NCBI GenBank assembly: GCA_963790205.1
Contig: CAWBNQ010000001.1
Span: 1,131,560 to 1,195,559 of the forward strand
Reading direction: 5' to 3'
Length of the DNA: 64,000 nt
Source: Nitrospirota bacterium
GTDB lineage: Bacteria > Nitrospirota > UBA9217
The notes beneath the pieces are model-generated. The model was not told the origin of the DNA and searched no databases. It saw only the letters and a list, made by a program, of their open reading frames with translations. Position 1 is the stretch's first letter. Each line of letters starts with the position of its first letter. The position numbers and the translations under genes were made by a program. Shown here one piece after another: positions 18,010 through 28,238 of this stretch.

Positions 18010-20222
18010 ATTCCTCACTGCACAAAAGGGTAACGATATTCATAACGCTGGTAATCTTCATGAGCGGCGCCCTCAGCACGTATCTCTTTACCTCGGCCTT
18101 CAGCCGCAGCAAGGAACGGGGACTCATTCTCCGGGGTACGACGCTCTGCACTTCGCTCTCCAAGGCCGCGGAGGAGGGCCTTGCCAAAGAAGACCTCAGC
18201 CTCATTAAAAAAGCCTCCCATATCATACAAGCGCCGGACGTCACCCTGGCACAGGTGTATTCGAACATTTGGGAGCCGCTCGATTCCTACCCCGTCAGCA
18301 GCTGGAAAAATCCCCCGCTTGCGGAGGCCGTCAGTCATTTCAAAGCCGGCTCAGCGCCGTTCCACACGAAGATTGCCGGCGGGTATGACTTTTACAGCCC
18401 GATCTTGTTCAGCGCTTTTGAGGAATCACCGCCCACCACCATCGGCTATGTCCGGGTCACCCTGTCGTCCGCCGCGTTTCACAGGGAGGTGAGGACGCTC
18501 GCCGCCATCAATATCGCGGTTTCGATCGTCATCATGTTCTTCGCGATCCTGTCGCTCAACATCCTTATCCAGCGCTTTGTGGTAAGGCCCGTCATGGCCC
18601 TCCACCAGTCGATCTCGCGGTTTAAGAGCGGCGCCCCGGCCGGGGACGCGATCATCCCCGGGGGGACCACAGGTGAGATCCGCGAACTTGCCCTGGAATT
18701 CAACCGGATGTGCGCAACGGTCAAGGAAAATGAGAATAAGCTCGTTGAGTCGGACCGGCGCATACGGTCGCTCTTTGACCGGGTCGAACATGCCATTTTC
18801 AGGACCGACAAGGACGGCGAGATCGTGGAAGCGAACAGCAGGTTCCGCAGGATGTTCGGCAAGGTGACGGGGCTGTGCGACATCATGATCGGAGACCTGA
18901 ACGCCGCCACCTGCCTCAGAAAAGCGGCCTCGGAAAAGGCGCTTCATATCGAAGACAAGGCCGCCGCGTGGAACGGGGAAGAGCTCGTTATCTCGCTGTC
19001 CTTGTATCCCGAGCGGGACGACGGCGGCGACGTCAAGGGTTTTGACGGATATATCATCGATATCACGGAAAAGAAGAGGCTGGAAGAACGGCTGATGCGG
19101 TCCCAAAAGCTGGAAGCGGTCGGCACCCTTGCGGCCGGCATGGCCCATGACTTCAACAACCTCCTGACGGCCATACTCGGCTATTCCGGGATCCTGCTGA
19201 AAATGGTAAAGGAGGGCGACCCGTTCTACAAGCCGACCTCCGTGATCCACGCTGCCGCGAAGCGGGGCGCGGAACTGGGAAGAAAGATCCTCGCCGTCAC
19301 CCGCAAGGAGAAAATGGCGACAAAGCCGGTGAACATCAACGACATCATCCTGCACTCCATGGACCTGCTCCAGAGAAGCCTCCCCAAGGACATCGAGATC
19401 GTCATGAAGCTCAAGGACGCCCTCCCGATGACGAACGCGGACCCGTCGCAAATGCAGCAGGTGATCATCAATCTGGCGGTAAACGCCCGCGATGCCATGC
19501 CCGGCGGGGGCAAGCTGATCATAGAGACCTCGGTGGCCGGCCCGGCGAACGGTACAGGCGACCATGCCGGCGCGGACGGGTCCGGGTTCATCAAGCTGTC
19601 CGTGTCGGACACGGGCGAGGGCATCGATTCCGAGACGCAGGCAAAGATCTTCGATCCGTTTTTTACGACCAAAGAGGTTGGAAAAGGCACGGGACTCGGC
19701 CTCTATATCGTGCACTCCATCGTAAACAACCACGGCGGATACATCAATCTCTACAGCGAACCGCAGAAGGGAACGCGGTTCAACATCTATCTTCCCATCG
19801 CGAAAGGCGACGCAGTGGAAGCGCCGCCTGAGGCCGTGGACGTGAGGGGCGCCGGGACGATCCTCGTTATCGACGACGAGCCCGATGTCAGGGAACTGTG
19901 TAAAGACGTACTGGCCCCCCTCGGCTACACGGTCCTGCTTGCGGAAAATGCCGGCGCGGGCATCAACCTTTACCGGGAAAAGCAGAACGAAATCGCCCTG
20001 GTCATTCTGGACATGATCATGCCCAGAATGGGGGGCACCGAGGTGTTCCACGCGCTCCGGACGATCAACAGGAACGTCAAGGTCCTCCTGTACTCGGGCT
20101 ACGGCCACGTCAATTTTGCCGGGATCGACGAACTGCTGAAACAAGGCGCAAACGGATTCATCCAGAAACCGTTCTCAGCCCAGGACATCGGCATTGCCAT
20201 AAAAAACGTTCTCTCGGAATAA
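18006..20222 (+). CDS. Hybrid sensor histidine kinase (periplasmic domain, HAMP, PAS, HisKA, HATPase, REC)
   Basis: [34 protein letters not shown], receiver LDMIMP. Confidence 0.95.
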   Translation: MNSSLHKRVTIFITLVIFMSGALSTYLFTSAFSRSKERGLILRGTTLCTSLSKAAEEGLAKEDLSLIKKASHIIQAPDVTLAQVYSNIWEPLDSYPVSSWKNPPLAEAVSHFKAGSAPFHTKIAGGYDFYSPILFSAFEESPPTTIGYVRVTLSSAAFHREVRTLAAINIAVSIVIMFFAILSLNILIQRFVVRPVMALHQSISRFKSGAPAGDAIIPGGTTGEIRELALEFNRMCATVKENENKLVESDRRIRSLFDRVEHAIFRTDKDGEIVEANSRFRRMFGKVTGLCDIMIGDLNAATCLRKAASEKALHIEDKAAAWNGEELVISLSLYPERDDGGDVKGFDGYIIDITEKKRLEERLMRSQKLEAVGTLAAGMAHDFNNLLTAILGYSGILLKMVKEGDPFYKPTSVIHAAAKRGAELGRKILAVTRKEKMATKPVNINDIILHSMDLLQRSLPKDIEIVMKLKDALPMTNADPSQMQQVIINLAVNARDAMPGGGKLIIETSVAGPANGTGDHAGADGSGFIKLSVSDTGEGIDSETQAKIFDPFFTTKEVGKGTGLGLYIVHSIVNNHGGYINLYSEPQKGTRFNIYLPIAKGDAVEAPPEAVDVRGAGTILVIDDEPDVRELCKDVLAPLGYTVLLAENAGAGINLYREKQNEIALVILDMIMPRMGGTEVFHALRTINRNVKVLLYSGYGHVNFAGIDELLKQGANGFIQKPFSAQDIGIAIKNVLSE

Positions 20223-20250
20223 GTCCGAGCAGCGCCCCGAAGGAAGATCG

Positions 20251-20421
20251 AGGTTCTTTGCTCCTGGTTTCCCCATAGTGCTATTCACTTCAGAGTGGAT
20301 GGAACATCACACCACAATCAAACTTGGCTCATCAAGATACATGATGGACGTTTATTTCTTTTTTCAATTTTTCATTACTGGTCTTCTTACAAGTGCATTC
20401 GCGAGAAACTTTTCGAGGTGA
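20251..20421 (+). pseudogene. 3' remnant of an AT-rich cassette gene ending just before attC
   Basis: Open frame ..PIVLFTSEWMEH..FFITGLLTSAFARNFSR* with no good start; stop is 5 nt before attC1. Confidence 0.4.
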
Positions 20422-20426
20422 AATGA

Positions 20427-20484
20427 ATCTAACCTGTCGTTCCTTACGCCGACCGCTTCGCGGCGTGTGAACTCATCGTTAGCC
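20427..20484 (+). mobile_element. Integron attC site (58 bp)
   Basis: ATCTAAC ... GTTAGCC cores; arms GTTCCTTACGCCG / CGGCGTGTGAAC with an extrahelical base. Confidence 0.8.
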
Positions 20485-20517
20485 TTCTGACATTGATACA
20501 CGCGACAGCTGAAAAAA

Positions 20518-21162
20518 ATGGTGACCTCCGCGTACATATTCTTCGGTTTAATCGGCTTCGCTCTATTCGCCGGCGCCACATGGCGCTTCTCTTCCCGTCG
20601 TCATTCACTCCCCTGTCCCTCGTGGTTGCGCTGGCTTGTCGAATTGGACAATCCTTTCACTAAGACCAATCGGGCGGCGTTTATCGTCCAGCATTTGGAC
20701 CTTGAACAGGGCATGGCCGTATTGGATGTCGGCTGCGGTCCCGGGCGGCTGACCATCCCGGTCGCCAAACGTGTCGGCCCGCGGGGCGCAGTGGTGGCTA
20801 TGGATATCCAGCCCGGCATGCTTTCCCTGGCTCGGGGAAAAGCACAGGCTGCGAATCTGGCTAATATTCGATTTCTTCAGGCCGGGGCGGGCGAAGGCGC
20901 ATTGGGGCGTAATCAGTTTGACCGGGCGCTGCTCGTGACGGTATTAGGCGAGATTCCGGATAGGAAAACCGCGCTGAAAGAGATTTTTGATGCCTTAAAT
21001 CCCGGCGGCATACTGTCCGTGACGGAAATCATATTTGATCCCCATTTCCAGGGCCGCCCCACAGTAGTGCGCCTTGCTGGCGAGGCAGGGTTTCGAGAGA
21101 AAATGTTCTTTGGGAATCGTATTGCGTTTACTGTGAACTTTGAGAAACCGCAGAGCGTCTAA
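20518..21162 (+). CDS. Class I SAM-dependent methyltransferase (gene cassette)
   Basis: VLDVGCGPG motif I; N-terminal TM helix; the stop TAA lies within the attC inverse core. Confidence 0.9.
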   Translation: MVTSAYIFFGLIGFALFAGATWRFSSRRHSLPCPSWLRWLVELDNPFTKTNRAAFIVQHLDLEQGMAVLDVGCGPGRLTIPVAKRVGPRGAVVAMDIQPGMLSLARGKAQAANLANIRFLQAGAGEGALGRNQFDRALLVTVLGEIPDRKTALKEIFDALNPGGILSVTEIIFDPHFQGRPTVVRLAGEAGFREKMFFGNRIAFTVNFEKPQSV

Positions 21163-21241
21163 CAACGCCATCGACTCGGAGAGGAAGAAGCTGCGCTCCC
21201 TCGTGGAGCCGCTCTCGATGCGGTTATGGCGGACGTTATCC
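21157..21241 (+). mobile_element. Integron attC site (85 bp)
   Basis: GTCTAAC ... GTTATCC; arms GCCATCGAC / GTTATGGC. Confidence 0.75.
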
Positions 21242-21252
21242 GCCACCATCTA

Positions 21253-22236
21253 CTATAGATAATCCTCCCGCCTTATGACGCCGGCGACCGGGTCCCCTTT
21301 TAAAAACCGTTTTATGTTTTCAGCAGCCCTGCGCGCGCCATCGTCGCTTATACCGGGGACCATGGCCGAATTATGCGGTGAGCCCAGGACGTTGGGCAGC
21401 GCAAAAAAAGGGTGGTTTATGCGGAACTCGCCATACTTGAACGGTTCGATCCACCAAGCGTCGATGCCTGCCGCAAAATCAGGATGACTGGCGAGATGCT
21501 CGTAGAGAGCGCGTTCGTCGACGATATCTCCCCGCGCAACATTTATGAGGATCGCGTCCGGCTTCATCCACTCGAGTTCGCGTTTCCCGATCAGCCCGCG
21601 CGTCGCCTTGGCCAGCGGAAGCGAAATGACCACGACGTCCGATACGGAGAGGACCTGCTTCATATCTTTGAGCGTGCCGATAAATTCCACCGGCTCGTCA
21701 GTCCTGCCGCTGGTGTTCACGGCATGGATGCGGACGCCGAAGTTCCTCATCAGGCGGGCAACAGCGCGGCCGATGCCACCGAAGCCGAGAATGCCGCAGA
21801 CCGAACCGCGCAGCATACGATTGAGCCTTGCCTGGTTGAACTCGCCCCGCGCCATTTTTTGATGCTCCCGGAAAAGGCCTTTTGCCAGGGCGAGCGCCAT
21901 GGCGAGGACGTGCTCCGCCATGGGCTCCGCATAGGCGCCGGCGTTGCTTGCGATCATGATGTCCCGGGGCAAACCGGCGAACGGCACCTGGTCCGCGCCC
22001 GCGGACAGGAGCTGGATCAGGCGGACGTTCCGGAGCAGGCCGAACTCGCTCGGCCCCAGCTCTTTTGGCGGGTTCCACGACAGAAGGATGGTTGCTTCGA
22101 TGAGTGTTTGCTCCCGGAGCCCCGACGGCATATCAGCAAGAAAGGAAAGCCTCGCCTCCCCGCCGAAGAGCCCTTGCAGCTGCGCTCGTCTTGCTTCCCC
22201 GGCGGCAGGGGTGACGACGATGTGATGGTTTTTCAT
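21253..22236 (-). CDS. D-isomer-specific 2-hydroxyacid dehydrogenase
   Basis: GILGFGGIG, LINVARGDIVDE, SPHNS. Confidence 0.92.
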   Translation of the reverse strand: MKNHHIVVTPAAGEARRAQLQGLFGGEARLSFLADMPSGLREQTLIEATILLSWNPPKELGPSEFGLLRNVRLIQLLSAGADQVPFAGLPRDIMIASNAGAYAEPMAEHVLAMALALAKGLFREHQKMARGEFNQARLNRMLRGSVCGILGFGGIGRAVARLMRNFGVRIHAVNTSGRTDEPVEFIGTLKDMKQVLSVSDVVVISLPLAKATRGLIGKRELEWMKPDAILINVARGDIVDERALYEHLASHPDFAAGIDAWWIEPFKYGEFRINHPFFALPNVLGSPHNSAMVPGISDDGARRAAENIKRFLKGDPVAGVIRREDYL

Positions 22237-22340
22237 GGTTTTTCTCCAGGGCGTTCATTATGAAGTGCCGAGCGTTTATACCGTATATTATAGGACAATT
22301 ATGAGAAGGATGTGGACAAGACAACGGCTGTGGGCTGGTT

Positions 22341-22465
22341 AACGACACCGTCAAGGTGACGCTCTCTGAAAAAATCGAGTGTTGAATCCCTCAAGAAAAA
22401 GGCCGAGCAGCATCACACGTCGCATCAAAAAATGATACGCCAGCTTGTTGACCGGCACGCCTCCG
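22341..22465 (+). pseudogene. Remnant of a CopG/ribbon-helix-helix antitoxin
   Basis: With one frameshift near 22366 it reads DTVKVTLSLKKSSVESLKKKAEQHHTSHQKMIRQLVDRHAS; no start codon. Confidence 0.55.
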
Positions 22466-22581
22466 TCATCAGAAAGGCGCCTGGCAAATCAATGTCGTTG
22501 GGTCGGAAAAACGCAGCGCAGCCGCCCCTTGCGGCCGGTTTCTTTCTTTACATTCACACCTCGATGTGCTAATAAATTCCC

Positions 22582-25335
22582 ATGAAATCGTTCGGCCTCA
22601 TGGCGGCGGCTTTGTGTCTAGTGCTTCTTGCAAGGCCCGTCCCGTCCTTCTCTTCTCAATTCTCCGGCCTGCCTATAACCCAAGTCGTGATCCAGGACGA
22701 CGAGGGGCGTCCCTGGCCCCACCCCGAGCAGCTTGCGCCGCTCCTCAACGTGAGGCCCGGCGATACGTTCTCGAGCGAAACCATCGGGAACGGCATATCA
22801 TACCTCTACCTGAAGGGACTGTTTAAGGACATTCGCGTTGACGGATTTCCCGACAACGGCGGCGTCAAGCTCGTGTACACCTTGTTCCCCATCACCGTGG
22901 TGGAGAAGGTCGTGATCGAGGGCAACCATGCCCTGTCGGAATCGAAGATCAGGGACGCGATTCCCCGGGTCGAAGGCAAGGAGCTGCGTGAGAACAGGTT
23001 CCCAGACTACCAGTCCGCGATCACGGCGCTGTACCAGTCCGACGGATACTACGATACGACCATGGACTTCCGGGTGGAGAAGCTCCCGGAACCCCATCGC
23101 GTGGCCCTCCGCATCGATATCCATGAGCCTCGGCCCCTGGTCATTGGAGCGATCGTTTTCCCGGGCAACACCGTATTCACGGAGAGGCAACTGCAAGGGG
23201 TGATGAAAAACAAAGCAGGGAAGCCGTTCAGGAGGGACGTGCTCCTTGATGCGGACCTGGAGGCAATCCTCGAAAAATATACCGGGGCCGGGTATCCGGC
23301 GGCAAAGGCGGGGCCGGTGGACGTCAGCTTCCGGGCCGGCAAGGCTTATGTCAGCGTTCCCATTGCCGAAGGGCCGAACGTGACGGCCCGGTTCTCCGGG
23401 AACCACGCATTCAGCGACAGCGCGCTCCGGAAGCAGGTCCTGATCTGGTCCGAGCACGATATCTCGGATGCCATCATCGACAGCAGCGCGGACAAGATCA
23501 AGAACCTCTATAAGGACAACGGGTACGCGAATGTCACGGTAACGGTGAAGAAGACCGAGGCGCCCGGCAGGCTCGAGCTGGCCTTCGATGTCCGTGAAGG
23601 GCAGCGGATAACGGTGAAGAAAATCATCGTCCGCGGCAATACGTACTTTACGTCGAAACAGATCAAGGCCGAAATGTCCCTGCGGGAGCCGGGCTGGTTC
23701 ACGTCGAGCCCCTACCGGGAAGACCTGCTCGACAAGGACGTGGAATATATCCATGACCGCTACGAGAGCGAGGGGTTCCTCGATGCGAGCGTGAAGAAGA
23801 AGGTCGATTATGCGGACAACGGCGTCAAGGCCCTGATCGAGGTCGATATCGACGAGGGGCCGCAGACCCGGGTGGGGCAGGTGGCCTTTGAAGGCAACGC
23901 GGCCTTTACAACAGAGCAGTTGACCGCCATGCTCAGCCTGAAGCCCGGCGCCCCCTATAGCGAGCAGCTGGCGGACGAAGACCGCTACCGCATCCTGTCC
24001 GCCTATTCGAACAAGGGGTACCTCTACGCCCGGGTGGAGGTTGAGAAGAAAATCACCGATGCGAGCGCCAGCATCAAATACAAAATAACCGAGGACCGGC
24101 AGGTCAGGATCGGCAGGATCATCCTGCGCGGGAACGAGCGCACGAAAGACAGCGTGATCATGCGCGAACTGCTCTTGAAGCCCGGCGATCCTTATGACTA
24201 CGGCAAGATACTGATGAGCCAGCAGCGGATCTACCATCTCGGCTACTTCGGACAGGCGAAGTTCGAGCCGGTCCATCCCGGCGAGAAGGAGTACGTGAAG
24301 GACATGCTTCTATCCGTCGAAGAGCGGCCCGCGGGCGCCGTGGAAGTCGGCGTGGGGTACGGCGACTTCGACCACGCGCGGGGCTTTGCCGAAGTGTCCT
24401 ACCGCAACCTCTGGGGCCGCGCAGAGCGTGCGAGCGTGAGAGTGGAGGAGAGCGGCATCGTCAAGCGCGCTGTCTTCAATTACCACCAGCCCTGGTTCCT
24501 GGGCTATAAAGTCGAGAGCAATCTCGGCATCGAGTGGTCCAACTTGAAGCGGCTGAACCAGGACACCCGCGAGATCTATTATCAGACTCGCAGGACCGCC
24601 GTTTCCTACGGCCTCGAGAAGACGATCAACAGGCTCAAAACATCGCTCACCTACCAGTTCGAAAACGTAAACAACCATGACGTGCTGCCCCAGGCGATCC
24701 TGTCGCCCGATGACGTAGGTCGTGTGCGGGTGAGCAGCCTCACGCCCGCCCTGGTCTGGGACCTCCGGGATGACATCTTCAACCCCCGTAAAGGATCGCT
24801 CCACGGGATCGCGCTGAAAGAGGCGCTGTCCGAACTGGGCTCCCAGGCGGATTTCACCAAGCTTACGGCCCAGAGCAGCTGGTATGTCCCCATAAGCGCC
24901 GGCATCCTCACTGCGCTGTCCGCCCGGGCAGGCATGACCTGGCCCCATCGGGAGACCAGCGAGGTCCCGATCCACGAGCGGTTCTATCTGGGCGGCAGCA
25001 CCACCATCCGGGGCTATACCCAGGATTCGGTCGGGCCGAGTTCCATCGGGCCCGACGGCCAGCCGATCCCCCTGGGCGGGGCGAGCATGGCCGTGTTCAA
25101 CGCCGAACTGCGCCTGAACCCGAGCGAGGGGTTCGGCTTTGTGCTGTTTAGCGACGCGGGCAACGTGTGGAGCGGCCAGGAGATACTGCTTGACGACCTG
25201 CGCGCTTCCTTCGGCGCCGGGATCCGCTACGGTACTCCCGTCGGCCCGCTCCGCATCGACTACGGCCAAAAGATCCACCGCCGGCCCGGCGAAAGTCCGG
25301 GCGAGCTCCACTTCAATATCGGCCATGCGTTCTGA
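22582..25335 (+). CDS. bamA: Omp85/BamA-family outer-membrane assembly protein with about 7 POTRA domains
   Basis: Repeated I..I...GN POTRA starts; FYLGGSTTIRGY; GPLRIDYG; terminal Phe. Confidence 0.85.
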   Translation: MKSFGLMAAALCLVLLARPVPSFSSQFSGLPITQVVIQDDEGRPWPHPEQLAPLLNVRPGDTFSSETIGNGISYLYLKGLFKDIRVDGFPDNGGVKLVYTLFPITVVEKVVIEGNHALSESKIRDAIPRVEGKELRENRFPDYQSAITALYQSDGYYDTTMDFRVEKLPEPHRVALRIDIHEPRPLVIGAIVFPGNTVFTERQLQGVMKNKAGKPFRRDVLLDADLEAILEKYTGAGYPAAKAGPVDVSFRAGKAYVSVPIAEGPNVTARFSGNHAFSDSALRKQVLIWSEHDISDAIIDSSADKIKNLYKDNGYANVTVTVKKTEAPGRLELAFDVREGQRITVKKIIVRGNTYFTSKQIKAEMSLREPGWFTSSPYREDLLDKDVEYIHDRYESEGFLDASVKKKVDYADNGVKALIEVDIDEGPQTRVGQVAFEGNAAFTTEQLTAMLSLKPGAPYSEQLADEDRYRILSAYSNKGYLYARVEVEKKITDASASIKYKITEDRQVRIGRIILRGNERTKDSVIMRELLLKPGDPYDYGKILMSQQRIYHLGYFGQAKFEPVHPGEKEYVKDMLLSVEERPAGAVEVGVGYGDFDHARGFAEVSYRNLWGRAERASVRVEESGIVKRAVFNYHQPWFLGYKVESNLGIEWSNLKRLNQDTREIYYQTRRTAVSYGLEKTINRLKTSLTYQFENVNNHDVLPQAILSPDDVGRVRVSSLTPALVWDLRDDIFNPRKGSLHGIALKEALSELGSQADFTKLTAQSSWYVPISAGILTALSARAGMTWPHRETSEVPIHERFYLGGSTTIRGYTQDSVGPSSIGPDGQPIPLGGASMAVFNAELRLNPSEGFGFVLFSDAGNVWSGQEILLDDLRASFGAGIRYGTPVGPLRIDYGQKIHRRPGESPGELHFNIGHAF

Positions 25336-25547
25336 CACGCCGGCCGCTCAAATGCAGGTCCCTCCCGGGCGTACGCTAAAATTTACTGCCGGTCTCTCTG
25401 GACGGATATCGCTATCAGTGGTATCATTGCTTAATGGCACGATAGCAAACCGGTCCATTCTCTAGAAATAAGGGCCAGGTCAGGCCTGCTCAACTGAGGT
25501 GTCAGCGCGTCCGGTTTCTACCTTTAGCGCCGGCTCCAAGAGAGTTC

Positions 25548-27485
25548 ATGAAAATACAGAAAAGGCTCATAGCGCTGGTAGGACTCGGGATGCTGCTCAT
25601 CATGACGATCACGGTCTTATCGCTCCTGGACATCGCTTCCTCATTCTCCCGTACCACGAGGGACGTCAGGCAGGTCTCCACCGAGTTCCAGCGAATTTGG
25701 GACATCGAGAAGAACATCAATGACATGTCCGTCGCCGTGCATAACTACCTTGAGAACGGCGGTAACGGCGGGTACCGGCAATCCTACGAAACATCGCGAA
25801 TCGCGGTGCATAAGACGCTGAACGAGCTCGCCAGCCTCGACCTCGACCGGAAAGAGACGGCCCTTATCAATTCCGTGACCGGCGACCTGGACCAGATGGA
25901 GAAGAAAGCAGGACGCATATTTTACCTGCGGTCTCCCGCCGGCAGGGACAAGGCGCTGGCTACCGACCTCGTGACCGAACTGGACAGCCTCCTCGTCTGG
26001 ATGGGTCGTGACATCGAAAAATATCAGCAAGAGAACGCGAACGAGATGGACTCGGTCCTGAACAAACTTTTAAAGCACAAGGCGATGACCAATGTTTTTT
26101 TTCTCATAACGCTGATCACCTCCGTCAGTTTTCTTCTCGCTTTCGGCCTGTACATTCACCGCAAGGTCTCTGTTCCGCTGAACGACCTCTGGGCCGGCAC
26201 CGAGGCGATCAGCCGGGGCAATCTCGATTTTCAAATGCAGGTGCACGGTGATGGCGATATTGCGCGGCTCGGAGAACGATTCAATGAGATGGCCCAAAGG
26301 CTCAAACAATCTTATGCCGAGCTCGAACTGAGGCTGTTCGACCGCACCCGGGAGCTGGCCGCGCTCGATGCGGTGGCGCTTACCTTGAGCCAGGCCGGCA
26401 CTCTCAAGGACGTGCTCGACAAATCGTTGGCGAAGATCCTCGACAGCCTGGCGGGTATCGAGCCCAAGGGGGGCGTGTTCCTCTGCGATCCGGGCGGGGA
26501 AACCCTGCACCTGACGGCGCACAATGGGCTTTCACCGGAGTTCGTGGAGAACGAGGCCGTGATCAAAATGGGAGAGTGTCTCTGCGGCATGGTGGCTCAG
26601 AGCGGGGAGCTGCTGTTTACGGAGAACAGCTGCGACGTTCCAGCCCATACCCGCGGCCCCCGGGGAGAAGGACATTCGCACATCATTATCCCGATCAAGT
26701 CACGAGGCATCGTGCTCGGCGTCATCTTCGTTTATCCCCGGAAAGACTTCAAACTCAAGCCGTCGGACGTTCAGATGCTCGATGCGATCGGCGTCCAGCT
26801 CGGCATGGCCGTCGAGAACTTCCGCTTCTACGCGGAAGTGAAGGAGTCCAGCGAAAAGTTCTGGGATCTCTTTGAGAACTCCCGTGACATTCTCTTTACG
26901 ACGGACAGTTCGGGCAAGCTGACCGCGGTAAACAAGGAAACAGAGAAATTTACCGGCTACTCCAAGGTCGAGCTCTTCGGCAAAAGCATCCTCGATTTTC
27001 TCGCGCCTGACGGCGCCGAGCGCGCCAAAGAGATGCTCGCCGGCAGGGGGAAGGGCGGGACGAGCAGGCTTCCATGGGCCGAGTTCGAGATCGTCAAGCG
27101 CGACGGCAGCCGGGCCTTCATCGAGGTGAGGGCGCGGCAGATCATGAAAGGACGGGGAACTGGCGGGCTTCCAGGTTTCGGCCCGGGACATGACGGAGCG
27201 GAAAAACCTCCGTGAGCTTCTGGTCAAGGCCGAGCGCCTCGGCGCCATCGGCCAGGTAGGGGTCGCCGTTCGGCACGAGATCAACAACCCCCTTACGACG
27301 GTCATCGGCAATATCGAGCTGTTGATAGAGCGCTACGAGGACAAGGACGGGAACTGACGGCGCGGCTCGGGACGGTCCTCAACAATGCCCTCAGGATCAG
27401 CGAGATCGTCAAACGGCTCCAAGACATCAAGCAGGAGAAGATCGTGGACTATCTCAAAGGCGTCAAAATGACGGACCTGAAGTAG
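25548..27485 (+). CDS. Membrane sensor (HAMP-GAF-PAS-HisKA, no HATPase), interrupted by two compensating frameshifts
   Basis: Shift +1 near 27150 gives DGELAGFQVSARDMTERK..RHEINNPLT; shift back near 27350 gives ..RISEIVKRLQDIK..DYLKGVKMTDLK*. Confidence 0.8.
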
Positions 27486-27490
27486 GGAAC

Positions 27491-28168
27491 ATGCGACGAT
27501 TGCGGATTTCAAATCGCGGATTGCGGAATGAGACACGGAAAACAAAGGGAAGCGTCGGGGGCCTGACGGGGATTGCCCTTCTTCTGGCCATGCTCATCTC
27601 TCCTGCGGCTGCGCGCGCGGAGCTCGTTGACCGCATCGTCGCGTCGGTCAACAACGAGGTGATCACGTTGAGCGAGCTCGATCGGGCAGTGAGCTTCAAC
27701 CTCGCGTTCGGCGGTAAAAACGGGGACAAGCTCAGGAACGAGACGCTCGAAGGGCTGATCAACCGGCATCTGCTCATCCAGGAGGCGTACCGCCTCAAGT
27801 TTGTCGAAGTGTCCGACCAGGACATCAATGCGGAAATAGAAAAACTCAAAACGCGGCTCGGATCGGACGAGGCCTTTGCCGGTTTTTTGGCGCGGCTGGA
27901 CATCACCAGGGAGCAGCTGGGCCGCATGCTCGGCGAGCGGCTTCTCGTGGAGAAGTTCATCGAGAAAAAAATAGGACTGTACGTTCGCGTAAGCCGCGAC
28001 GAAGCGCGGGACTATTTCAACAACCATCCCGCGGAGTTCAAGGATAAACGCTTTCAGGAAGCGCAAAAGACGATAACGGCCATGCTCACGGACCAGAAGC
28101 TCGAACAACAGGTGGCACAGTATCTCGCCGAGTTGAGGAGTAAAGCCGACATTCGGCTGGACCCCTGA
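27491..28168 (+). CDS. SurA N-terminal domain chaperone
   Basis: AELVDRIVASVNNEVITLSEL..LINRHLLIQEA..LRSKADI. Confidence 0.85.
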   Translation: MRRLRISNRGLRNETRKTKGSVGGLTGIALLLAMLISPAAARAELVDRIVASVNNEVITLSELDRAVSFNLAFGGKNGDKLRNETLEGLINRHLLIQEAYRLKFVEVSDQDINAEIEKLKTRLGSDEAFAGFLARLDITREQLGRMLGERLLVEKFIEKKIGLYVRVSRDEARDYFNNHPAEFKDKRFQEAQKTITAMLTDQKLEQQVAQYLAELRSKADIRLDP

Positions 28169-28238
28169 GGGGTTTGAATGCGGAGTGTCGAATGCGGAAT
28201 GGGTAAAACAGAAATGAAGACGGGAAACGGAGGAGACG

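Noticed and set aside
27355..27357. TGA in the sensor gene as a second selenocysteine codon
   Set aside because: Not at a Cys position, and the coding sense continues in another frame, so a frameshift explains it.
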